The position numbers and the translations under genes are program-made. Positions 54,251 to 64,000 of a DNA stretch of 64,000 bases are shown here, one piece after another. Each line of letters opens with the position of its first letter. Position 1 is the stretch's first letter. The stretch is from NCBI GenBank assembly GCA_051362555.1, contig CM120641.1:12276001-12340000 (forward strand). The letters run 5' to 3'. Under the pieces are notes generated by a model. The model saw only the letters and a list, made by a program, of their open reading frames with translations. It had not been told where the DNA came from and did not search any database. The stretch is from Lingula anatina (lineage: Eukaryota > Animalia > Brachiopoda).

Positions 54251-54934
54251 ACAGGAACTTAACTAACATAAATCTGTTAACTTACAAAATAAAATAATAA
54301 TTTCTAACTTTATCTGTTTTCACACAAACAACATAAGTTGCTTAATTTTAAACCTTCATCACTGTCGCTCGCAGAATCATCTCACATTTTCCAATCGATC
54401 TATTTCATTTTTACCAAAGCAGAAAATCTGCAACTTGTCAGGAAGCAAGTATGGTGTCTAACGTCCCAGAAAATGTCTTGGATGTTTATTTCAAATAACT
54501 CAATGAATAGCTTGCGGCTAGTTTCATGGTGTCACTGGATTTTTAAGAATTGAAAAATCTTCGTTACTTGCTTGGTGCACGTCATTATATTTAGTTGCCA
54601 GACGTTTTTAGTAATATTTTAGCCATTGATAAAATAATCAATTTAATTTTATCCATTAGTAACAAGAGAATATGGTAACAGGACACAGTCAATTGTTTTA
54701 GACAAAACACGAAAAAACTGCATTCACAGAAAGTAGTTTGCAAAACCTTCGTTATGAAGCAACGTACAAAATATTCTTGAAGTTGAGGACAAAATGTGTC
54801 AGTGAAATACATGTGCATCTCGTTATACCCCTTAAGCACGGTCTAGTTTTTTTTTTTTTTTTTTTTTAATAGTTTTAATAACGTTAGAATATTGTCCAAA
54901 AGCGTTGTTATTTTTTTTAAAAGCTTTTTTAAAA

Positions 54935-55000
54935 AAAGGCTTATCCTCTTTTGTTAACGAAAGTTTAAAAACTTTCGTTAACAAAAGAGGATAAGCCTTT
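54935..55000. repeat. Perfect palindrome: 32-bp arms, 2-nt spacer
   Basis: aaaggcttatcctcttttgttaacgaaagttt-aa-aaactttcgttaacaaaagaggataagccttt. Confidence 0.97.
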
Positions 55001-55707
55001 GTTACTTCGTGCCCATACCAGATTTATAAAAAGATCCTAGATTTATCACTTTCTGTCATCCGAGATTTAGAAAAAGTAGAATCTGGATGTATACTTAAAG
55101 TTTTATTGGTTATCAGACCCGCTCAGAAATAAATAATAATAATAATAATAATAGAATAGAATAAGAATAAAAATAAAACAGATGAGAATTCTGTTAATGT
55201 GGTCCATGCAGAATGTCATGAAAAACTCAGGTGACGTAAAAAGCTCTATTTAAAGCTAATGTAAGTATCTGCAATAACAAAACCTTGTACGGCAGTGCGT
55301 TTTTTATTTGTAGTTTGATGTCAATTCTCTGAAAGTAGGATACAGACACTCACTCTGAACTGATAACAAGACGCAGTATTATAATTATTAAGTGAACACG
55401 AAACCCAGTGCATATTAGCCACATCAATCCACTATTCCTGTATTGCAATCCACACGGTGGCAAAGCACCAAAGAAGATCACCGGGTGCCCTGTAAGTGCA
55501 CGCTTATTGACACGTATACTGTATATAAGGATAATTATGTTGTATAGAGACAAGAGAAGAATCTTTGCGAACACTTTATTCTATTTTTATTACTTTCTTT
55601 AATATTTATTTTAGAGGTTTTTAAAGTGATTGAATCTAACTCCATTTTAATACTATTTACATGCATTCAATATATTTAGTATATTGCAAAGAGAGTGCAG
55701 TAGACCC

Positions 55708-55751
<44 letters not shown>
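55708..55751. repeat. (TTA)n microsatellite
   Basis: Pure TTA run. Confidence 0.95.
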
Positions 55752-56029
55752 TGCTTCATTTCTGAACATGTACAAGTAGCTGATCCTTTTCACGTACCAG
55801 TATGTACGTCATTTCTGTACAAATTGGCCGGGCTCCAGAAGACTAAATGAAATCTAGGAATTTATATAAGCAGATATGTTAGAATCTACAGCTATAGGAT
55901 AATTTCTCATGTCTTTTTACGAGTTGTAATTTGCCGTTCCATACAAAATGAACGGCATTTCAAGTGACTGTCTTATGTTTCTACTGGACATCTGGGCGCT
56001 TTTTGTCGACCAGCCGATTCGATATGATA

Positions 56030-56037
56030 TGACGTCA
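56030..56037. promoter_or_regulatory. Full CRE site TGACGTCA, with a Fox-type TGTAAACA motif nearby (~56063)
   Basis: Motif match only, in CpG-retaining DNA. Confidence 0.3.
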
Positions 56038-56331
56038 CGCACAAAGGATCGATAAGTGAACATGTAAACAAATGAATACAGTAGGGGCCTACCTTATGGG
56101 GGGAAAAAGCAGAAACCAAGCCTATATGCACATAGACCTGTACCCTTTATAACTGAATGTACAGCAATACGAGGAGCATACATGTACGTGTAGTTCTTTT
56201 TCAGTGTTCATAACAAAAAAGCAAAATAACCATACATCGTATACGTGTATTTTTATCTCCATAAAACAATAAAAGTGAAGGGGGTAGTCCTTGGGGGGGT
56301 ATGCTAAAAGCATCCCAGTTTTATATCCTAC

Positions 56332-56755
56332 CTTCATCTTCTTCTATTCGACAATAACTTCCCGCCATATTACACGTGCTAAACCGTTCTTTGGGGATAG
56401 TAAATGAAGCCGTGTCCGCCACAGAAAATCTGTTCGTATTGTTTTGTGCTTTATGAAACAGATACGTAGAGTTCTTGTGGCGCTGAAGACGATGATGAGT
56501 TTGGTCCTGCTTTCTTTGGGTGTCAACTCTACCGTACCCTGGTACTATGTTTACTGTAGTTGCTGAGACCGACAAAGTCAATGGTCCATCGGCAATAAAT
56601 TGCTCATTGTCTGAGGTGTGTCGACTAGAATTTCTACGTTTTTCATTTACAGTATTTGTCTCCTGGCGATCTGACTGGCTTGCAACTGGGTATACTGGTC
56701 TGTCTGGCACAAGGCTACTACGTGATACTTTGCAAGCACTCGGGCAGGAACCCAT
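56332..56755 (-). CDS. Candidate alternative first coding exon, 141 codons, N-terminus MGSCPS, phase-1 donor; gene unidentified
   Basis: Among the longest non-transposon ORFs in the window; polar, disorder-like composition; donor GAAG|GTAGGA just before the ORF stop; MGxCxS acylation consensus. Confidence 0.5.
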
Positions 56756-59146
56756 ATCTGATCTCGCAACCTATTTTTTCTTTAGTCTTTCTTTTTCTTT
56801 CCTTCCTTCTTACTTAGGTTCTTTCTTTCTTTCTTTCTTTCTTTCCCCTTTTCCAAAATGTTTATGAGAGAGGTGGAGTAATGTTCGTACTGACACACTG
56901 GCTATACAAGAACTGAATCAGGTCCAGTTGTATGACCAGTCGCTCAAGACTTCCTCCTTTCATTGAGGCAGATATTTCAGGTCTTCAGATATCAGAAGTA
57001 AAAACAAAAATTGTCAGTCACAGCTGCTAGTGGCTTGCCTCATTTGATCTTTTCCGCCGATGATATTTGCACTTGTACAGAACCATTTCATTAACTTGGA
57101 CTGGTCCTGCTGGCAATGCTGTTGACTTACTCGACGGTCTTTTATTTCCAGACGTTTACCGAGTAACCGTCCTAAGAAACCAAAGGATTTTTCAAGCATT
57201 TACTCATTTACCCGTTTATGAAATGACTGTGGCAGTTTTCACATATTAGTTTTGATTGACAGTTATTGTGCTGTTGGCTGCACATATAGAGGCAAAGATT
57301 ACTCTTTTCCATTTGAAGATCTCATTTTAATTTCCTTCCATCCTCGAAGGAAATGCGTCAAATATACTCTGGGCTGCTTCTGTAACAACCCACTGTCCTT
57401 GAATACATTTTCCTCTGGTGATTGTATTCCTGTGCTCTTAATGATGTTGCAGATGATCTCTTCATTAGGTGCGCTCGTTCTTATCGTTATTAAATGTGAT
57501 AACACAAAGATTTTAATATTTAAGTATTTACACCACAGCAATCTACATACATGGCGCGTGGTCTATTAAATACATCCATTTCTCCGTGTATTATAAACAT
57601 TCAAACCTGCCTCAGCTAAATGGTTCGGTTCATCATTTAAGACAAAACAGCATATATTTTATAATACCGCTTTAGAAATCTAATTACAAACCATGCACTG
57701 TATATCGCACATGTTTACATATCTTTTAGAGCGCATAATATTTGGCTACTTAATCTTTTTTTTATTGTTATGTGTGTGTCGTGTCTCAACAAAAGTGATT
57801 GCATATTTCATAAACAAAAGGCATTTTAGTGTATTTTATGCACTATATAGTATATGGAAGAAGAATATGAAAATGCATGCAATTTCCCAATCATTATGGA
57901 AGCCATAAGAGGCTGCACCTATACACGAAGTAAATCAGCTAAAACGATCGCACTGTTACATAATTATATCTAATTATGCACTTTATCAAGTTATAAAGGT
58001 TGATTGTTTATCCAAAAGGGGATCACAAGCATTTTGGTTCTAGACAGAATGGCCCAGAATTTTTTTAGTTACAAGGATTCGACATGGCAGCAAGACTGTG
58101 CATTCCTTGTGGAAACATCACGAACAACTAACACAATTACGATTCGCTTCCCAACCCAATCTCAGGTCAATAATGCAGAATAAAAAATTTATACATAATC
58201 GGGGGAGAATTGAAACGCTCTATCTCCTTTTTTACGTGTTGATATATTGGCAGTTTAATGCCCAGGATGGGAGAGAGAACACACTTGATATACTCATAAA
58301 CAGTGCTACCAATCCTGCTGTCAAAAATAAACTACTTAGAGAGATAGGACAAATTTTCAGCTTTCCAACGATAATAAATCCATAAGAGACTGAACTTAGA
58401 ATTCTTACTCATCGATGTGTTAGAGTAGGGTTGAGATAACAGCCTTTTTGTAGTGCCCATGTACCCAGTTGTCTAATTATTTCTGATTATGATATTATAT
58501 TATTTCAGATTATTTTATTCTTTTTTTTTTCGTTTTCATTATTGTTTTGATTATTACATTAGCGTTTTGATGAATTCAATGTGTATAAATGTTCATATGG
58601 GAAACCTGGCCTTTTAAAGCACAGCTTCAAGGAATGCTTGAGACGCAGTTCACACAAAAAAATAATAAAACCCACGATGTTCTTAGAACCTAGTGGCATG
58701 GCGGGTTACTGCAGAGGCCAGCCATGTTTTGTTATAAAAAATCTTTAGGAAAATTCATATTGAAATAATAAAAAGAAATAATAAGTGCTAAAGGAAACAT
58801 AATGCAGAGAAAAATAATATTTTGCCGGCTTACCGTCCCCATTTTATTCGAAACAGCTTACCCAAAACACACATTTTGAACTGTTGATTCGTATTCTCTT
58901 TTAATAAAACTTAAAATCACGCTGTAGTAATTAGCAAAAAATGCATTCTTTACATGTTCTTCTCTTAAGCATATGCGATATGCACATGTAAATATAACTA
59001 TTAAGGGGGCATACATTTTTTTCATTGTTTTCACAAATGTACAAAACGTTTCCAAATCCCTTCCTAGCGTACCAAAAAGAAATGACCTTTACAGAAATTT
59101 GTATCATCATTTGTATTTTTTTCAGAAGCGCACAGAGCTTCCAACA

Positions 59147-59177
59147 CAACACACACACACACACACACACACACACC

Positions 59178-59213
<36 letters not shown>

Positions 59214-59239
59214 AACACACACACACACACACACACACA
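59147..59239. repeat. Compound (CA)n microsatellite
   Basis: Three CA blocks separated by cca; source of the HT/CV-repeat spurious ORFs. Confidence 0.95.
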
Positions 59240-59718
59240 TTCGGTTTGTAGACTTTTGAAAATGATGATAAAAATGGATGGCCCTAAACAATAATAGTAA
59301 ACTTTGGTTTACGAATACAATTTATTTATTAATCTAATATTGTAACACAAACACGAAACAGCGACGTCAAGATTTCCATTCACACTCTTCGGGCGGTATC
59401 ACATTAATAATTGCATATGCTTATGTACAAAATCTGATCCACGTGACAGTATACAAGTAAAACACTTACAGTATTGACGATTTTTGTCATAATTCTGCCA
59501 TATGGCAAAAGAAATGCTCATATTCAGAGGCAGTGTTCACATTGTCAAGTTCACACTAACAACAATGATATGATTGAGTGTAAATATTTTTCCGATATAT
59601 TATGGAATATAAAACTTATCAGAAGCGTTTTAAATAAATGTGTTTCTTTTACAAGGAAATTCTAGCTCTGTCAGATAAATAAATTTGAATTTTCGTGCTC
59701 TAGAAGGAAATTGTTTGT

Positions 59719-60015
59719 TTAAACAAGTTCAATCATTTGTTTTTCCTTTTCCGCTTTATTTGGAGACATGATGGCGTGTCCATTAGAAACACCGTTTTGT
59801 TGGTTCGTTTCGTCTTCTATGATAATTTGTGCTTGACTCTTGTCGACGTCATTTTGGTTATTGTCAACCTCCAAACGATCGACCGTTTTTTCTGACTTAT
59901 TTTTCTCCTTGTCGTCATCGTCCCGTCCAAATGTGATGTCATCTTTCATCCCGGTGATGTCCCAAACGCGTATTGTGCAGTCATGTGACCCGGTGAAAAG
60001 CTTTCCGTCAGCAAC
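59719..60015 (-). CDS. WDR86: WD repeat-containing protein 86-like, last coding exon
   Basis: Acceptor ccactAG, phase 0; VADGKLFTGSHDCTIRVWDITG (last WD40 repeat) plus acidic tail to TAA at 59719-59721; candidate AATAAA at ~59321-59330 on the minus strand. Confidence 0.88.
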   Translation of the reverse strand, partial: VADGKLFTGSHDCTIRVWDITGMKDDITFGRDDDDKEKNKSEKTVDRLEVDNNQNDVDKSQAQIIIEDETNQQNGVSNGHAIMSPNKAEKEKQMIELV

Positions 60016-61936
60016 CTAGTGGAATATTAAGGTGTCAGTGACTAGTCTAAATTGTGCTTTAGATTGGGTATACGATTACTTTTAACTTATTTGACGTAAA
60101 ACTATATAATCATTTAGCATATAACAAACGTATTGTCTTCAAACTATTTGCAGCTAATGCACTTCACTGGCAAAGGTATATTAAGAAAGTCTAATTCAAC
60201 AGAGTTGTTGAGCCTCGGTAATCACAGCAAAATAATGTCATTACTACATACTAGTTACGATGTGCTGCGTAAAATACTCGTAACCAAAGAAACATGATAA
60301 TAGAGGGTTATTACGCAATCATATTTAATACATATTGGTAATCAAATAATGTCGAGGACTTCATCGGAGGAGATATCCCTCTCTGCCACCATTTTTGATC
60401 GTTTTTTATTTGTCATACCGTGAAAATTTCCACATGGGGGCTTGTTGTGTTAATGTCATTTATAAGAGAAGATACCATATACTGATAAACATGGCATCTT
60501 ATATTTTATAAGATGAGGCCGGGGGTTTGCCCCTGTCAGAATAAAAAATTCTTTTAAATATGATTTGAAGCGTGCATGTGTGCGAGCGAGCGAGCGAGTG
60601 CGTGAGTGAAATGCGTCTTTTTATTACAGGTAATTTCCACGTCGTTGCGGGATGCCTACGTTTAGGCACACGCAAAAACAAAGAAATATAGATTAATGTA
60701 GCTCAAAAACTAAATCTCCTCAAATGAAGCCTACGTTAGTCTGTGAAAGCACACACACATTACTACAAGTCAGAAAGAGCGAAGAGGCAAATGCTTGAAA
60801 CCAAAGTAAATACTGAAGAATAAAATACAAAGTTTTGTGTTAGTGCAGAAACACAGTAATCATACTCTCTGGCAAAGGTAAACATTGGCACTTTTGAATG
60901 GAGAAAAAAGGATGTGGGACTAGCTTTAATATGTTTCCTAATTCGTATCCCATCTCTAATCCCTTATTCTCAGGGTTCTTCTCATATTTCCTGTAAACTA
61001 TTCAATTTAAACCCGTAGCCTTCGATTTACTTAGAATGCATTAACATCTCAATTTTCTCAAAACGCTGCAGCAAATAAATAATGCAGTCTTAAATGTAAA
61101 ATATAAAAAATCATTCGACTGACTTTAATTTAAATATATCAGTATATTTCTAAAAATAAAATATTTATTTAATTTTACAACGTTATTGTCTTCGAAATTG
61201 ATTGACCGTCAGCAAACGTAACTGTTTTCACATTAAGTGAGGTGGATATCCTGCACACAACGTGAAAACATGTTTATGTACACACGGTAAGCATCTGGAG
61301 GGTAAAATAATACGCAGCCGGGGCTTTAACCAGACAATCAACTATTTGCTGTCGTCATGGCCTTTTACAACTTAACTCAAAACCACCGTAATATAGTTTC
61401 TCTGTATGGTTCGGTAACAAAGGGACGAGATCGTTACAGAAAACAAAATTAGTGAGTGCACTTTCCATATGGTCATGCGAGGTGCGTTATGAACCCATGC
61501 ATTTCTGAATTAGTAACGCCATGTCGATTACGCAGCTCGACATTTGGCGGTTACTGCTCGAATTATGCGCGGTTAACGTGCAAGTGCAATGCAACATCAC
61601 TGGTGCTGTGGAAAACGGATCCAAAAGGGAACAATGACAAAACAGATTAAGGATGAAGACGGGAGGGTGCTAAGAACGTGGCTATCTTCTTAACCGACCT
61701 GGATGTACCCACATGTAGCATATCGATTAAAAAGCTTATTTCAACAACTATTCATGTCATTATTTCGTTACATAATGATTATTTTAGGAGATATAATGCG
61801 TAAGAGGTTTTCTAAGCCTGATCTTTATACCCTAAAAACTATAATTCCACTACTAATAGGCCGCATTCACATCGAGAAGAGCCGAGGCTCTACAAAACCG
61901 AGACCTACATGAAAGAAAAACCGGCTAATCTTTCAA

Positions 61937-62226
61937 TAGTCTCTCCGCCTCTCACACGCCTCCCCATGCGTCGTCCCAATGGAGCCGGGATTCTCGCTAA
62001 GGCGCAGACAATGTGATTAGCTTAATTGTCTGGCACGCCCCCTTCGCAAAGCAACATGACCAACATCGGGGACCACAAAGTTTTCCCGACTTTACTTGTT
62101 CTCGTACTTTAAGTTACGATGGGGTGTGCCTGACATTTAAGCCACAAAAACTGAATGCAATTTTGTAAGAATCCCCTGGGAGTAAGATCGATCTAGCTGT
62201 TATGACAGGGTTATGGGAATGATCCC
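61937..62226. mobile_element. Diverged relative of the GGGACCATTC foldback family, in the WDR86 last intron
   Basis: Arms agcttaattgtctggcacgcccc / ggggtgtgcctgacatttaagc; ends gatcgatctag...gggaatgatccc (reverse complement of the family start). Confidence 0.6.
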
Positions 62227-62684
62227 TTAGATCTAACAAATAAGTAAAATCTTTCATGGTTTGGAGGTTCTAATTAGTTTTGACACTGGTCTGAAGCTTT
62301 CTCTGACAAAAACACATATTAAGCTTTATATCTCCTTACGTAACTGTTATGCAATAAATTAAAAATTAATGATATGAAATGAAAAGCTGTTAAAATAATC
62401 TTCTTATATTCAGCGTGTTGGTATACCTTAGTCGGTGAAGAAGATAGCCACGATTCTGCCCCCCTCCCCCGTCTACATCCTTAATATTTTCATTCCGATA
62501 TGAAATGAGGAATGTCATGTCATCAGAGTGCCTTGGACAATTTGTACTTCGAGCATTTAATCGAGATTTTAGTGTAATCTTAGGTTTTTCTCTATAGTTT
62601 TTGAAATAGAAAAATAATTTTGGTTTATGACCTTGAGTTCCCCTTCGGATTGTGTGAAGGCGCATGCTTTATCAACAACTCTAC

Positions 62685-62788
62685 CTGTAGGCAGTTAACT
62701 GCGAACGTATGACCACGAAATACTCTCTTCATCGTCCCTGATTTGGCATCAAAACATCTGCTTAACGTATCTCCACATCCGGTGAATA
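62685..62788 (-). CDS. WDR86: WDR86-like penultimate exon, variant B (104 nt)
   Basis: AG|TA TTC ACC...CTA CAG|GTAGAG; (V)FTGCGDTLSRCFDAKSGTMKRVFRGHTFAVNCLQ, matching the recalled vertebrate WDR86 segment FTGSGDACARAFDAQSGELRRVFRGHTFIINCIQ; phase 1 in, phase 0 out. Confidence 0.9.
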
Positions 62789-63077
62789 CTGATATAGCCA
62801 AGAATAAAAATAGTTGAAATGTTGAGAAAAAAAGTATAAATGTATAAACCAAGGATTAAAACAACAAAGACACGCGTCACTGGAAATACACAAGTTGTCG
62901 TCCCATAAATGCGCCTACCTTTTGCTAACAACACAGGGTTCTTTTTAACGCCTCCTACACCCACCCACACTACTCCCCCCCCCCCCCCCCAAAAAAAAGC
63001 GCGTTTTGTAAAGATACCCTAAGTAAGTTAGCGAAGGGGAGACGTGCACATGGTACCAGTTAACAGACGACATTAAC

Positions 63078-63181
63078 CTGCATGCAGTTGGCGCCGGTTT
63101 CATGGCCCTTGAACTGACGCTGAACAGACCCGGACTTGGAGTCAAAGCAACGCACAATGCCGTCCCCACATCCGGTGATCA
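63078..63181 (-). CDS. WDR86: WDR86-like penultimate exon, variant A (104 nt), duplicate of variant B
   Basis: ttattttAG|TG ATC ACC...ATG CAG|GTTAAT; (V)ITGCGDGIVRCFDSKSGSVQRQFKGHETGANCMQ; same length and phases as variant B; not shown in this frame in the ORF track. Confidence 0.85.
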
Positions 63182-63883
63182 CTAAAATAAGATGGGGTTA
63201 ATAGCAACAGACAATTGCATAGGTTTACATATGAAGCAGTACAGTGAAAATTGGATTTGTCTATCTTATCATTTTTCATTTATTATTTTGTTATTGTCAG
63301 CCATCGCTCTCCATGCGTGTCTTGTAAAATATGTATGCTTTTTCACGGCATATATTCTGCCTGCCTGTTTGGTTTTGTTGATTGATATTGATGGTGTAGT
63401 TGTTTATTGTTTTGAAATATTGTTTTGTGGAGAGAAAGTATATCATGGTAGCCTAGACAACGTGGTGAAGACTGTGCTCTCCTCTGTAGCGCTGGAGCAC
63501 GCCTGAAATTACATTATCATATCATAAACATGAAAACAACACGAAACGCTGCGATAGTGTCAATTATCACTAAGGTGAACTTGGCGCTTCATAAATACGA
63601 CGAGAAAAGGCAATCATTTGTTGCAGTGGGAGAATAAGGTGACCTCTTCTTTTCCTGTGGCGCAAGGAGTAACAATTCCCGTGCTTAACAGCACGCGAGA
63701 GCTACATCACCCAATCTAAAGCACAAGACTTGCTTTTTAAATGGATTCGCACTTTTAAAGTTAAGTTCCCAACAATATTTTAAAATGCGTAAATGTACTT
63801 AATTTGTAAGGCTATATACATCGTGTACTTCAAATGGGCATAAGTAATAAATACGTAGTTCACAATAAGTGCCAATGCCTTAC

Positions 63884-64000
63884 CAAGTCCTTCATGAAAC
63901 TTTACACAGCTCACGCTGTGTTTATGTCCTCTGTAGATTCGTGTGCAATCTCCGAATTCTGTCACCCACGCTCGACCTGTCTGGTCTGAGCTTCCGCTAT
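63884..64000 (-). CDS. WDR86: WDR86-like internal exon (continues beyond the window)
   Basis: SGSSDQTGRAWVTEFGDCTRIYRGHKHSVSCVKFHEGL G|GTAAGG; WD40 GH/W signature, phase-1 donor. Confidence 0.88.

Noticed and set aside
56870-57570. Several 60-105 aa ORFs upstream of the MGSCPS exon
   Set aside because: No continuous frame or recognisable domain; at most 5' UTR or decayed sequence.
58931-59294. Overlapping HT/CV-repeat ORFs
   Set aside because: Translations of the (CA)n microsatellite.
62685-63181. Two consecutive constitutive WD40 exons
   Set aside because: Exon A ends in phase 0 but exon B must start in phase 1, so joining them shifts the frame.

Overview
AT-rich, intron- and repeat-dominated animal (invertebrate, probably lophotrochozoan-like) genomic DNA; there is no prokaryotic gene organisation and most short ORFs in the track are spurious. 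The right end holds the 3' half of a minus-strand WD40 gene (WDR86-like). Its penultimate exon is present as two tandem, homologous 104-nt copies with identical splice phases, i.e. a mutually exclusive exon pair. A colinear set of intronic complementarities could fold out the second copy and cover its 5' splice site. Left of this, a large minus-strand transcription unit appears to run out of the window. It has CpG-rich promoter-like islands (~39.3-41.1 kb and from ~53.7 kb), CpG-depleted body regions and several candidate alternative first exons ending in phase 1, one starting with an MGSCPS acylation motif. The rest is transposon-derived: a young 5'-truncated LINE with one nonsense codon, an RTE 3' fragment with a TSD nested in a foldback element, a decayed LINE, and many MITEs (Harbinger-like, hAT-like with 5-bp TSD, a CACTA-like mini-element, a triple nest). 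There is also a perfect palindrome with 32-bp arms, plus mini- and microsatellites. Gene models other than WDR86 are inferred from splice signals only.
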